Shown: positions 44,520 through 55,112, numbered from the stretch's first letter. The stretch: 59,577 bases of DNA from an uncultured Rikenellaceae bacterium (GCA_964494045.1 CAZBQM010000005.1:1-59577); one strand, 5' to 3'. Program-made: numbers and translations. Notes: a model not told the origin generated them from the letters alone.

Positions 44520-46982
44520 TTGAAATTATCAAGTTCAGATCTTGCTGATATTACAGGAGGTCAATTATCGGGGGAACCAAATTTGACGGTTACCGAACTG
44601 CTGACTGACAGCAGGCAGTTAAGTATTAGCGACGGGATGGCCTTTTTTGCCATAAAAGGAGCCAATCACGACGGTCATAACTTTATTGAAAACCTTTATG
44701 ATATAGGTATAAGAGTCTTTGTTGTGGAGCGAATGCCACTAAAGCCGGAAAGATACCAGGGAGCAGCCTTCATCCTGACTCGAAACAGTATCGAGGCTCT
44801 TCAGAAGGTGGCCATGAGCAGAAGAAAGTCGTTTTCTTCTCTGGTTGTTGCCATTACGGGAAGTGCAGGAAAAACGATTGTTAAAGAGTGGCTTGCCAAC
44901 ATTGCGGGAATGACTATGCCCGTAATACGGAGTCCCAGAAGCTACAACTCCCAGATTGGAGTTCCCCTGTCGGTCTGGAAACTCGATGACAGATTCCACC
45001 TGGGTATCTTCGAAGCAGGTATTTCAATGCCAGGTGAGATGGATAAACTGCAGAGGATAATCGATCCTGACATTGCTGTTATCACCAATATAGGAGAGGC
45101 ACATGGTGAAAATTTCTCTTCTTCCATTAACAAGGCCAAAGAAAAGCTTCAGCTTTTCAGGAATGCATCGACCATCATTTTCTGCAGGGATCACAGGGAT
45201 ATACTTGACCTGATAGAGAGTGATGCCTCTCTGCGTTCGAAAAACATTTATGACTGGTCGTTCACCGACAACAAGGCCAGGGTATATGTACAACGCAATG
45301 ATAGTGTCAGGGGAAGAACAGGCCTGCAGGTGTTTTTCGAAGGATCTTCAGTACAGTACACCATTCCTTTTACCGACAGGGCTTCGGTCGAGAATGCTGT
45401 TTCAGTGCTGACTGTCTGCTTCGCCCTTGGTATTGACGACAGGGTGATAAGGAAGGGTCTTTCCGAGCTGACTCCTGTAGCGATGAGAATGGAGCTTAAG
45501 AACGGGATCAACAATTGCCAGCTGATAGAAGACTATTATAACTCAGATCCGGGTTCTCTTGTGATGGCTCTTGAATACCTGAAGTCGCAGAACCACAGGA
45601 AAAGTGCTCTGATCCTGTCCGATTTTCTTCAGAGCGGGAGGAATGAACAGGAGCTGTATAGCGGGGTTGCAGAGCTCTTGAAAAGAACCGGCGTCGACAG
45701 GTTTATCGGAATAGGGCAGGCCCTGATGAGAAACAGAGACCGGTTTGGTGCTGAAGCTGAGTTCTATTATACCACTGATGAATTTATAAACAGCTTTAAT
45801 CCTGTTTCATTCCGGAACGAAGTCATCCTGCTTAAGGGGGCAAGGGTATATGAATTTGAAAAAATTGCCAGATTGCTTGAACAGCAGGTCCATACCACTG
45901 TCCTTGAGATTAATCTGGATGCTATTTCGCATAATCTGAATGAGATAAGAAAGCATATAAACCAGGGGACAAGGATCATGGCGATGGTAAAGGCTTTTGC
46001 CTATGGTGCAGGTCCCGCCGAAATAGCATCATTGCTCGAATTTCACAGGGTAAGCTATCTCACCGTAGCTTATGCTGACGAGGGAGTGCAGCTGAGGAAA
46101 GCCGGGGTCACTCTGCCTGTAATGGTTATGAACCATGATCCCTCATCAGCGGATCAGCTTATTAAATACCATCTGGAGCCTGATATCTTCAGCTTTTCTT
46201 CTCTCAGAAACTTTACTGAGTGTGCTTCGCACCATGGGTTGGTGAACTATCCGGTTCATATAAAGATTGATACCGGGATGCACAGGCTGGGGTTCCTGCC
46301 GGGGGATATTGATGAACTTATATCGTTGCTGTCATCATCTGATTCCATAAGGATTGTATCGGTGTTTTCACATCTGGCAGGTGCCGACGATCCCTCACTC
46401 GACGATTTCACTCACCGACAGGTCGGAGTTTTCCTGGAGGCTTCGGAGAAGATCAGAAAAGCCACGGCTTATCCATTCCTCAGGCATATTCTTAATACAT
46501 GGGGGATTTTCAGGTTTCCTCAATACCAGTTCGACATGGTCAGGCCGGGAATAGGGATATACGGAGTCGGGAAATACGAAGGTATCACGTTGAGACCGGC
46601 AGGCAGGTTCAAAACGAGGATCTCACAGATAAAAGCGATCCCTGCCGGTGAACCTGTGGGTTACAACTGCATGGATGTGGCTGATCATGAAAGGATGATT
46701 GCAATATTGCCGGTCGGTTATGCTGACGGGCTCGACAGGAAACTTGGGAACAGGAACGGTTCGGTTTTCATCAGATCGGCCCTTGCACCTATTACAGGTA
46801 ACATATGTATGGATATGTGCATGGTTGATGTTACCGGTATTGGAGCAGCTGAGGGTGATGAGGCTGAGATATTCGGTGAGAACCTGCCGATTGAGGAAAT
46901 GGCTGAAAAGATAAAAACAATTCCCTACGAGATACTTACTTCAATACCAGGCAGGGTGAAGAGAATCTTTTACAGGGAATAG
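44520..46982 (+). CDS. alr: bifunctional MurF-like ligase / alanine racemase fusion
   Basis: N-terminal DSR, ITGSAGKT, SYNSQIG, D.YNSD; C-terminal MVKAFAYG (PLP Lys), HIKIDTGMHRLG, VRPGIG, VGY, GNICMD, IPYEIL. Confidence 0.93.
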   Translation: MKLSSSDLADITGGQLSGEPNLTVTELLTDSRQLSISDGMAFFAIKGANHDGHNFIENLYDIGIRVFVVERMPLKPERYQGAAFILTRNSIEALQKVAMSRRKSFSSLVVAITGSAGKTIVKEWLANIAGMTMPVIRSPRSYNSQIGVPLSVWKLDDRFHLGIFEAGISMPGEMDKLQRIIDPDIAVITNIGEAHGENFSSSINKAKEKLQLFRNASTIIFCRDHRDILDLIESDASLRSKNIYDWSFTDNKARVYVQRNDSVRGRTGLQVFFEGSSVQYTIPFTDRASVENAVSVLTVCFALGIDDRVIRKGLSELTPVAMRMELKNGINNCQLIEDYYNSDPGSLVMALEYLKSQNHRKSALILSDFLQSGRNEQELYSGVAELLKRTGVDRFIGIGQALMRNRDRFGAEAEFYYTTDEFINSFNPVSFRNEVILLKGARVYEFEKIARLLEQQVHTTVLEINLDAISHNLNEIRKHINQGTRIMAMVKAFAYGAGPAEIASLLEFHRVSYLTVAYADEGVQLRKAGVTLPVMVMNHDPSSADQLIKYHLEPDIFSFSSLRNFTECASHHGLVNYPVHIKIDTGMHRLGFLPGDIDELISLLSSSDSIRIVSVFSHLAGADDPSLDDFTHRQVGVFLEASEKIRKATAYPFLRHILNTWGIFRFPQYQFDMVRPGIGIYGVGKYEGITLRPAGRFKTRISQIKAIPAGEPVGYNCMDVADHERMIAILPVGYADGLDRKLGNRNGSVFIRSALAPITGNICMDMCMVDVTGIGAAEGDEAEIFGENLPIEEMAEKIKTIPYEILTSIPGRVKRIFYRE

Positions 46983-46989
46983 GTGGCAA

Positions 46990-47688
46990 TCAGCCAAGGT
47001 CGCTGATATGTTCAAGTTTGGCGTTATTCAGTATTACTATCCTTCGTCCTTCAACCTGGATCAGCTTCTCTGTTGCCATATTTGACAGAGTCCTTATCGC
47101 ATTCGAGGTGGTCATATTCGAAAGATGGGCAATATCCTCGCGTGAAAGCATGGCCCTGACAGTTTTTCCGTCAGGCTCGGTGCCATAGGTGTCGCGCAGA
47201 AGAAGAAGGGTTTCAGCTATCCTGCCTCTGATGTGTTTCTGGGTAAGAGACACAAGCCTGTTATTCAGAAAAATAAGTTCCTCCGACATTGCTGTCATGA
47301 ACAAAAGGCAAAGCTCGGCATTCTTCTTCAGGATCTTAATAAGCGGATTCTTTTCAATAACCACAACATCACAATCCTCAACAGCTGAAACAGTGAATGG
47401 TGATGGAGTATCGGTAAACAGATAGTTAAAACCCAGGAAACCATGCTGCCGGCCCATTCTGAGTATCTGTTCACGACCACCGACTCCGATCCTGAATATT
47501 TTTATTTTTCCTGATCCCAGGTATAAAAGACCTCTTGCCTTCTCACCTTCTTCGATTATATTCTCACCTTTCTTATAGAAAGTGTGGTAATTATGCAATA
47601 AAATGCTCTCTTTTTCCTTCTGGCTCAGGTTCTTAAATAATGAAGCCTGGTTCTCCAGACACGCTTCTATATACTGATCTCCGTACAT
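46990..47688 (-). CDS. Crp/Fnr family transcriptional regulator
   Basis: cNMP-binding fold (G.IKI.R.G..GREQI) and C-terminal HTH LSREDIAHL.NMTTSNAIRTL. Confidence 0.9.
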   Translation of the reverse strand: MYGDQYIEACLENQASLFKNLSQKEKESILLHNYHTFYKKGENIIEEGEKARGLLYLGSGKIKIFRIGVGGREQILRMGRQHGFLGFNYLFTDTPSPFTVSAVEDCDVVVIEKNPLIKILKKNAELCLLFMTAMSEELIFLNNRLVSLTQKHIRGRIAETLLLLRDTYGTEPDGKTVRAMLSREDIAHLSNMTTSNAIRTLSNMATEKLIQVEGRRIVILNNAKLEHISDLG

Positions 47689-47791
47689 GCTGTAAATATG
47701 TTATGCTAAAAAACATAAAGTTAGCAAAAGAATTGAAAAAAAAAGAAATTAACATTTTTTAACATATTCACTTACAGACACTTGTGGCGTT

Positions 47792-49441
47792 TTAATACTT
47801 GGCCACAAGAGGCATTTTTCGTCCATCGCCAAAGGCTTTGGACGAAATTCTCAGAACGGGTGGAGCCTGGTACCTTTTGTATTCATTGTTATTTACCATC
47901 CGGATCACCTTTTCAACAAGGGCACGATCGGCATCTGTCTCTATCCTGTCTGCAGGACGGAGCAGTTCAATGTATTGAAAAAGAATGGGATCGAGAACTG
48001 AATATGGTGGCAGGGAGTCGGTGTCGAGTTGTCCGGGCCGCAGTTCGGCTGACGGGGGTTTTGTAATGATGTTTTGAGGGATCAGCTCGCTGTCCCTGTT
48101 AATATATGAAGCAAGCTTGTATACATCTGTCTTGTAAACATCTCCGATAACGGACAGCCCTCCTGACATATCCCCGTAAAGGGTACCATAGCCGACGGCA
48201 GCCTCACTTTTATTGGATGTATTGATCAGCATGCAGCCGAATTTGTTTGATATGGCCATCAAGATCACAGCCCTGATTCTTGCCTGAATATTTTCTTCGG
48301 TAACATCTTCCTTTCTGCCCTCAAAGACGGGGGCCAGTATATCCCTGAAAGCTCTGAAAGGGTCCTCGATATTTACGATATCATAGTGAATCCCAAGGTT
48401 CCGGGCAAGGGCGACAGAGTCGGTTACTGAGTGTTCCGATGAAAAGCGTGAAGGCATCAGTACAGCCCTTACATTATCTTTTCCAAGGGCGTCGGCAGCA
48501 AGGCAGAGGCATATAGCCGAATCCATCCCTCCTGACAGCCCCAGAATACATCCGGTGAACCCCGATTTTCTGAAATAGTCTCTTATACCTGTTGTAAGAG
48601 CCCTGTAAATAAGCGAAACAGTTTCAGGCCGGGGGTAATCAATATGTCCCCGCTCATTCATCAGGTCATCGAGTTCAAAAGTCTCGACGGCTTCTTCGAA
48701 GAAAGGAAGCCTCCTGAAGATTTTTCCTTTCCTGTCGAAGGCGACAGAGGCACCGCTGAAGATAAGTTCGGTATTGGCTCCGGTCTGGTTGACTGATATC
48801 ACCGGTATGCCATATTTAAGAGCTTTGTTCCTGAAGATATTCTCCTTTGCCTCGACCTTTGTATACGCGAAAGGTGAAGCAGCTATATTTATAATTATAT
48901 CCGGATCAAGCTTTGAAAGCTCATCCATTGGTGAGACCCTGTAAAGTCTCGATTTCTCAAATTCATTGTCAAAAGGTTGTTCATCCCAGAGATCCTCACA
49001 TATGGTCAGAGCTATTCTAAGCCCTTTTATGATGAAAAGGCTGAAATTCTTTTCGGGTTCGAAATAGCGGTATTCGTCAAAGATATCGTAAGTAGGAAGC
49101 AAAGCCTTATTGACCGAAAAGGCAACTTTACCTTCGGAAAGTATCAGCGCGCTGTTGAAGAGTTTTTTACCCTCATTGCCGGGATTGACTACAGGGCAGC
49201 CTACTACAGCTGTGATACCATTGCATTCATTTGCAATATCCTCAGCAGCCAGACGGCATTTTTCAATAAAGTCCTTTCTGTCGAGCAGGTCAAGTGGCGG
49301 ATAGCCTGATATACACAGTTCGGAAAGGATGATAAGTTCCGATCCCTCATTTTTAGCCTTCCGGATGGCATTTTTAATAAGATTGGTGTTCCCCTCAAAA
49401 TCCCCGATATGGTAATTTAACTGAGCAAGAGTAGTTTTCAT
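47792..49441 (-). CDS. nadE: glutamine-dependent NAD+ synthetase
   Basis: Nitrilase triad (SEL, KALLPTYDIFDE, ICED) plus SGGMDS, NKSE, YGTLYGD, PPSAEL. ATG 49441 preferred. Confidence 0.95.
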   Translation of the reverse strand: MKTTLAQLNYHIGDFEGNTNLIKNAIRKAKNEGSELIILSELCISGYPPLDLLDRKDFIEKCRLAAEDIANECNGITAVVGCPVVNPGNEGKKLFNSALILSEGKVAFSVNKALLPTYDIFDEYRYFEPEKNFSLFIIKGLRIALTICEDLWDEQPFDNEFEKSRLYRVSPMDELSKLDPDIIINIAASPFAYTKVEAKENIFRNKALKYGIPVISVNQTGANTELIFSGASVAFDRKGKIFRRLPFFEEAVETFELDDLMNERGHIDYPRPETVSLIYRALTTGIRDYFRKSGFTGCILGLSGGMDSAICLCLAADALGKDNVRAVLMPSRFSSEHSVTDSVALARNLGIHYDIVNIEDPFRAFRDILAPVFEGRKEDVTEENIQARIRAVILMAISNKFGCMLINTSNKSEAAVGYGTLYGDMSGGLSVIGDVYKTDVYKLASYINRDSELIPQNIITKPPSAELRPGQLDTDSLPPYSVLDPILFQYIELLRPADRIETDADRALVEKVIRMVNNNEYKRYQAPPVLRISSKAFGDGRKMPLVAKY

Positions 49442-49451
49442 TAAAATCACG

Positions 49452-50123
49452 TTAAAAGTTCACCCCGAAAATGAATCTGAGCATTTTCTGGGAGGTCTTG
49501 TCTTTTGGCTGATCCCTGTTGTCTTTTGTCACGTCGAAGAAGTTGTTTTCGAAACCCAGACCGAGGACTGCTGACGTCTCCGGACCCAATGCATATTCGA
49601 TACCTGCATTGATATGCCAGCCAAAATTGAATCTTTTAATCTCCGACATGGCTCTTTCTCCCTCGATATCAATAGCCGGGATGTCGACCCTTCCTCTGAC
49701 AGCCATTTTGGGATCAAGCCCGAGATCGGCAAAATATGTCAGATTACCTATCTCATTTGTTTTAAGTTTAAGTCCCACGGGCACTGAGAAATACTGCATC
49801 CTGTATATTATTGAAGTGTCGGCCCCTATCTGCCTGGTAAAGGAAGGGAACTCAAATGTAAATTTCTCCCTGCCAGCGAGTCGTCCGCCCGAGCTGATCA
49901 GGTTAACTCCTGCTACAAGTGAATAATTATCGGTAAACATCCTCTCATACATGAAGCTGAAGCTGAAACCTGCCCTGGCACCTTCGTTTTCGATTTCTGA
50001 AACATCGGGGCTGAACCATGATATAAGAGGACTGGCATAGACGCCAAACCTGTAGTCCTGAGCTTTGATCGCGGGTGTAGCTGTCAGTAGCAGCAGAGTA
50101 AACCAAAGGATAGTTTTCTTCAT
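49452..50123 (-). CDS. outer-membrane beta-barrel protein (PorT/porin family)
   Basis: Signal peptide, Y.SVPVGLKLKT motif, alternating strands, terminal IFGVNF. Confidence 0.75.
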   Translation of the reverse strand: MKKTILWFTLLLLTATPAIKAQDYRFGVYASPLISWFSPDVSEIENEGARAGFSFSFMYERMFTDNYSLVAGVNLISSGGRLAGREKFTFEFPSFTRQIGADTSIIYRMQYFSVPVGLKLKTNEIGNLTYFADLGLDPKMAVRGRVDIPAIDIEGERAMSEIKRFNFGWHINAGIEYALGPETSAVLGLGFENNFFDVTKDNRDQPKDKTSQKMLRFIFGVNF

Positions 50124-50268
50124 GACAGTCAGTAATTGTTTATAACATCAATTTCACCGGAATAAATCCGGCTGCCCCGAAGGTATCTTAATACACAGTT
50201 GTAAAATTAGTAAATAATAATGGAAGTAGAGAAGTCGTTTATTTTCTGGGGTAGAATAAAAAAGTACC

Positions 50269-50276
50269 TATTTTTG
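50269..50276 (+). promoter_or_regulatory. -7 promoter element for gldB
   Basis: TATTTTTG. Confidence 0.55.
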
Positions 50277-50293
50277 ACTTATAATTCAGAATT

Positions 50294-51319
50294 ATGAAAA
50301 TCCGGTCATACATTTTTTTCCTGGCACTTGCAGTGGCAGGTTCTTTGCTACTTTCCTGCAAAAGGGATCAGTTCAGGATAAAAATAGCGGGAGAGGCTAC
50401 TGATCTGCAGATCATGAGACTTGAGAAGGATCTGTTCAGCATTGATCCCGGGAATGTCAGGGAGCAGATTCCGGAGTTAAAGAAAAAATATCCCGGTTTC
50501 CTCCAGCTGTTCAGCAACGTTATCAGTACCGGTGATATAAATAATCCGGATTTTGGTGATTACCTTAACGGTTTTGTAACAGACAGGCTTAATAATGAGG
50601 TATATACCGATGTTATAAAACTCTATCCTGATATTTCCCAGGTTGAAAGCAAACTTGAAGGTGCTTTCACCCACTATCATCATTATTTCCCCGGCAAGGT
50701 GATACCTGCCGTTTATACATGTATTACGGGTTTCAACAGCAGCATTATAACAGGCGATTCGGTTCTGGGTATAAGTCTCGATCGTTATCTTGGTGCTGAC
50801 TGCAGCTATTACCCCAGGTTGATGATTTACAGTTACCTGTCAGCCAGGATGACTCCCGACTACGTGGTTCCGGATGCCATATATGGATGGGGGGCCTCTG
50901 AATGGTACTATCCGGCCATGGGTTATCCGTCTGAAAACGTTCTTTCGGCTCTGATCCATGAAGGGAAACTAAGATATTTTGTCAGATGCATGTTGCCTGA
51001 GCTTCCTGAGGAAATAATCTTCGGATTCACTACAGACCAGTTGAAATTCTGCAGGAATAATGAAGGTCAGATGTGGCAGTACCTTGTTGAAAATGATCTG
51101 CTTTTTAAAACCGACCAGTTTACAGTCAGGAAGTTGACCGGCGAGGCTCCCTTTACCACATATTTTACGAATGAATCACCTGGAAGGGCGGCTGTATGGC
51201 TGGGATACAGGATCGCCTCGTCGTACATGGAGAGGAATAAAAATACCTCTCTCGGGGAGTTGATGAATATGACGGATGTCCAGCTAATCGTAGAGAAAGC
51301 GAAGTATAACCCCCGATAA
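50294..51319 (+). CDS. gldB: gliding motility lipoprotein GldB family
   Basis: Lipobox LLSC; I.RLEKDLF, ISLDRYLG, LIHEGK, NE..MW.Y.VE, ESPGR...WLGY.I. Confidence 0.8.
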   Translation: MKIRSYIFFLALAVAGSLLLSCKRDQFRIKIAGEATDLQIMRLEKDLFSIDPGNVREQIPELKKKYPGFLQLFSNVISTGDINNPDFGDYLNGFVTDRLNNEVYTDVIKLYPDISQVESKLEGAFTHYHHYFPGKVIPAVYTCITGFNSSIITGDSVLGISLDRYLGADCSYYPRLMIYSYLSARMTPDYVVPDAIYGWGASEWYYPAMGYPSENVLSALIHEGKLRYFVRCMLPELPEEIIFGFTTDQLKFCRNNEGQMWQYLVENDLLFKTDQFTVRKLTGEAPFTTYFTNESPGRAAVWLGYRIASSYMERNKNTSLGELMNMTDVQLIVEKAKYNPR

Positions 51320-51324
51320 AACTC

Positions 51325-51354
51325 GAAGAGCCGTTACATCAGCAACGGCTCTTC
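51325..51354. terminator. stem-loop between convergent gldB and ferredoxin genes
   Basis: GAAGAGCCGTT-N8-AACGGCTCTTC perfect 11-bp stem. Confidence 0.65.
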
Positions 51355-51378
51355 AGATTATTCGATTTACCTGCACTC

Positions 51379-51546
51379 TTATTCAGGATGAATTGCCTCA
51401 ACAGGGCAAGCATCGGCACATGCTCCGCATTCGGTGCACATGTCAGGATCAATTTTGTAGATATCACCTTCTGATATTGCTTCAACGGGACATTCATCTA
51501 TACATGTTCCGCAAGCAGTACAGTCTTCACTAATTTTGTAAGCCAT
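51379..51546 (-). CDS. 2[4Fe-4S] clostridial-type ferredoxin (absent from ORF track)
   Basis: Manual translation MAYKISEDCTACGTCIDECPVEAISEGDIYKIDPDMCTECGACADACPVEAIHPE with two CxxCxxCxxxCP motifs. Confidence 0.96.
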   Translation of the reverse strand: MAYKISEDCTACGTCIDECPVEAISEGDIYKIDPDMCTECGACADACPVEAIHPE

Positions 51547-51785
51547 TTCTACTATTATTTTTAATTAAGTATATTACAATAATCGTACAATTATACCCTA
51601 AATTTTTCAATTGAAAAAGAATCTTTATAATAAAGTTGTCTTTATCATATATTAAAGAATTATACCATAATTCAGGCCAGCTTTGATCATCTTTCCGCAT
51701 GGAAACCTGTATGATGGTTCTGTTTACCTGTCCGGGTCATGATATTCTATGATCCCGGTTCAGTATTCATTCCCGACATGTCTGA

Positions 51786-54700
51786 TCAAAAATCGAGACT
51801 GAATGACAGGTAAAAGACTTTAGGCAAAATATAGCTGTTCTCAATGCCCCATGCCCAGTCGGCCCTGACAAAATAACCGAAGATCTGTGCCCTCATCCCG
51901 GCGCCGAAACCTGCCACGATAGGCATCCTGTTCGAGTCGAGAATGACAGTAACGGGGCCATTGTGGATAATATCCTTTTCGTAGGCATTTTCTCCCGACC
52001 ATGGTGATTTTCCCGACCAGGCTGTCCCTATATCACCAAATCCTACAACCTGCAGTGAATTAAGGAAGTTTGACCGAAGAGGGTGACCTGCGAAGTACCT
52101 TACAAAGGGCCATCTTACTTCACTGTTGATGAGTGCAAAACTCTCGCCGTTACGGATGTTCTGTCTGAATCCTCTCATGTTTGTGGCCAGTGCCTGGAAA
52201 CCATAGTTCCCTTCCGGATTCACCGGAACGGTGGAATCAAACATTGGATACTTGTTGAACAGATAACCCATCCAGTTGTCCACACCTCCCATGTAATATA
52301 CCAGCTTCGTAGGTCCGAAAGATTTGCTGGCAGCAAACCTGTTGGCCCATATCAGCTCCCTGTGTATCCGTGTGTATTTTCTGAAATCGATTCCGAGAAC
52401 TATCATCTCTGACTTACGGCTGCTAAAATCCTTGTAGTATTCCCCGAACACCTTGAACCTTGTACCGTAGTAGATGTTTACAGCTCTTTTCCTTGTATTA
52501 TCGTAAATCACTTCCCCCTTCAATCCACCCCAGTGACGTGAGATGTCCTTCATGTTGAGTGATAGCATATCAGTTGACAGGTATACATGCCGGTCGTTCC
52601 TGTATGAGAGCGTCCCTTTAACGGCAAGTACCGGGGTAATCGGCCTGGCAAACGACAGATATACATTGTGGGTATACGACTTGAAAAGGTTTGAATCGTT
52701 TGAACTGTAATATGCCTGCCTGTGAAAGATGAACTGCTTGTCGAACTTCCCCTTAAGGTTTTCAAGGCTGATAAGGTATTCGTTACTGTCAAAGTTTCCC
52801 GAGAATCTGAATCCCGCTGTAAGCCGATAGTCTTCAAAGAGATCCAGTATGCCAAAACGGGTAAGGAGGTTTATTCCCGGATTGAAATAGGGGGCTCCTC
52901 CGTTGAAAACCTGATAGGCATTGTTCAAAAAGGTAAAGTCAATCTGGTTGGCAATATAGTTATTGTAAAAAGATGTCTCATAGATCCTTATCAACGGAAG
53001 ATCGATCACTCCGGTATCGAGGTCTATATCCATATAGTCTTTTCTCCATAACTCATCATAGTAGTTCTGCTTTTCCCTTTCGAATATGTAATGGTTGATA
53101 TCTATAGGCTCATCGGTGAGGTAATACTCATAAAGTGGCTTGGTAAGGGTATCTCTTCTCTTCTGATCCTCCCTGATGAGCCATTGTCGTATCTGTTCAA
53201 TACTGTCGGCCTTTTGCAGAAATTCGTCCCATTCCTTCCTGTAGGTAGTCACGGTCATCTCGTCCTCTTTCAGGGGAGTTTCGGTTCCGGGCTGGCTTCT
53301 GACAAGGTAGTTGTCATCTGCAAAGACAAGCTCTCCTGTTTCTCCTGTTTCCCCTGAAACCGACAGACTAATTATGTTCCTGTTGTAGTTGGTAACCGGA
53401 ACCGAACGTATGAACTGCTGATAATGGGTTATGGTGTCAACATAACTTATTGAACTGTCGAATGACGCTATGTAACGATTCAATATCCCGTTTTTATCAC
53501 CCAGATACGATATCCGGTTCTTCCCAGTCGCCTCGGGAGAGTACCTGCTGATGAAGCGTCCCTCGGGCAATCTTGTCAGAACCTTGCTCCCGATTAAAGT
53601 GTTGAACGAGAAGAGATCGAAAGTATGGCTGATCCTCTCAAAAGGATTGCCTGTATTTGAAAGGGTATCGGTGAGACGGTTCGATGAGAAAATGATGGTT
53701 CCCGGCTGGCCTTTAAGATAGGAGGGATTAAGGTCGTCGGCGAAATCCCTTGTGATCTGCTCGTTGGTTGCAGAGGCCAGGGTATGAACAAATATATCGG
53801 TCATTCCATCCTTTACAGCAGAAAAGACCAGTTTTGTCCCGTCAGGTGAATATGAGAAGTCAAGAACCTTATCGAAATAAAGAAGGTTACGCTTGCTGGT
53901 CTCTTTCTCCTGCATCCTGTAAAAATATATAACAAGTTTGGCTTTTTCCTCATTGATGAAGGTAAGGATATTACCATCGGGATGCCATGCCAGTACAGGA
54001 TATGTGTTGTCGGTCTTTTGTTCAAAACGGGGTTCGGCCCTGAAGATCACCTTCTGTTTTCCTGAAGCCTGGTCGTACAACAATATCTTTTTCCTTCCCC
54101 AGTCGTTGGTTACATAGGCTATCGTATTACCGTCGGGACTGATCTTTACCTGCTGGTATATCTGTTCTTTCCGCGATTTTGCCAGAAAGTCATCTGAGGA
54201 CGAAGGAATGGTTTCTCCGGGAGAGTATTCATTGCTGTAATACTCCTTCCACTCCTTGAGAAGATCTTTTAGGTCGACACCAAGAACATAAAGCAGCCCG
54301 TCGTCGATATTTTTATAGATTTTTGTCAGGTAAATAATGTTGGGAATCATGGCGTCACCATATTTCCTTGCAAGAAACCTCCAGAACGACTGCCCGGCGT
54401 AAACCGCATCATCGTATTCGAGATTACTTATGTTGTTGTACCTGCCCGAATTAATCCCATCCCTAACCCTGTTCTCAACATCGAAATCCCACTGCCAGGC
54501 AACATAGTTTATGAGCCCTTTCATATACCAATCGGGGATGTTGATAACCGATGAACTGGTTATCCGGTCCTTCATATCGGCATTATAGAGCATCTCATTT
54601 ATTATCACCTCGGCGATTGAGGCGGCTATCTGTTTCTTAAAGGCTACATGGTCGCCTTCATAGTAGAGCATGACCTTGTTCTTGATGATCCTGCTGAAGC

Positions 54701-55112
54701 CTCCGGTGTTATAGGTATCTTCATCAAAGGTTACCAGCCCGATGTTTGACTGTTTGAACTCGGCAGCCTTGTTGTATATGACGAAGACCAGCCTTTTTTC
54801 AAGGGTATAATCAAAAAAATCTTCAATTTCGTCAATTTTTTCAAGGGCGTAATCGGCTGTAAACTCAGCCAGTTCCTTGCCGTACTCATTGAAATAGCAG
54901 TCAAAGTCATCAAACCTGTAATAAGACCAGTAGTAGTTATAATACTGTACTTTGTTTTTCCCAAAAGCCATCTGGTGACCATTATAGAACTGGCCAGAGG
55001 CATTAAGGTACAAGGTACATGTAACTACTATGAATATCAGTCGTTTGATCTTGTCCGGCATATTTATACCTGAAGGATTTATTGTTCTTCCAATGAGCAA
55101 ATTCTGTTCCAT
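51786..55112 (-). CDS. large OM protein: peptidase-like N-domain + PD40/TolB propeller + Omp85-like C-terminal barrel
   Basis: FGKNKVQY start, IPDWY motif, SPDG/WHPDG/YSPDG repeats, C-terminal GFG.G.R...GYFVR.D.AW and FYLSFSLDF. Start may be 55061. Confidence 0.7.
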   Translation of the reverse strand: MEQNLLIGRTINPSGINMPDKIKRLIFIVVTCTLYLNASGQFYNGHQMAFGKNKVQYYNYYWSYYRFDDFDCYFNEYGKELAEFTADYALEKIDEIEDFFDYTLEKRLVFVIYNKAAEFKQSNIGLVTFDEDTYNTGGFSRIIKNKVMLYYEGDHVAFKKQIAASIAEVIINEMLYNADMKDRITSSSVINIPDWYMKGLINYVAWQWDFDVENRVRDGINSGRYNNISNLEYDDAVYAGQSFWRFLARKYGDAMIPNIIYLTKIYKNIDDGLLYVLGVDLKDLLKEWKEYYSNEYSPGETIPSSSDDFLAKSRKEQIYQQVKISPDGNTIAYVTNDWGRKKILLYDQASGKQKVIFRAEPRFEQKTDNTYPVLAWHPDGNILTFINEEKAKLVIYFYRMQEKETSKRNLLYFDKVLDFSYSPDGTKLVFSAVKDGMTDIFVHTLASATNEQITRDFADDLNPSYLKGQPGTIIFSSNRLTDTLSNTGNPFERISHTFDLFSFNTLIGSKVLTRLPEGRFISRYSPEATGKNRISYLGDKNGILNRYIASFDSSISYVDTITHYQQFIRSVPVTNYNRNIISLSVSGETGETGELVFADDNYLVRSQPGTETPLKEDEMTVTTYRKEWDEFLQKADSIEQIRQWLIREDQKRRDTLTKPLYEYYLTDEPIDINHYIFEREKQNYYDELWRKDYMDIDLDTGVIDLPLIRIYETSFYNNYIANQIDFTFLNNAYQVFNGGAPYFNPGINLLTRFGILDLFEDYRLTAGFRFSGNFDSNEYLISLENLKGKFDKQFIFHRQAYYSSNDSNLFKSYTHNVYLSFARPITPVLAVKGTLSYRNDRHVYLSTDMLSLNMKDISRHWGGLKGEVIYDNTRKRAVNIYYGTRFKVFGEYYKDFSSRKSEMIVLGIDFRKYTRIHRELIWANRFAASKSFGPTKLVYYMGGVDNWMGYLFNKYPMFDSTVPVNPEGNYGFQALATNMRGFRQNIRNGESFALINSEVRWPFVRYFAGHPLRSNFLNSLQVVGFGDIGTAWSGKSPWSGENAYEKDIIHNGPVTVILDSNRMPIVAGFGAGMRAQIFGYFVRADWAWGIENSYILPKVFYLSFSLDF

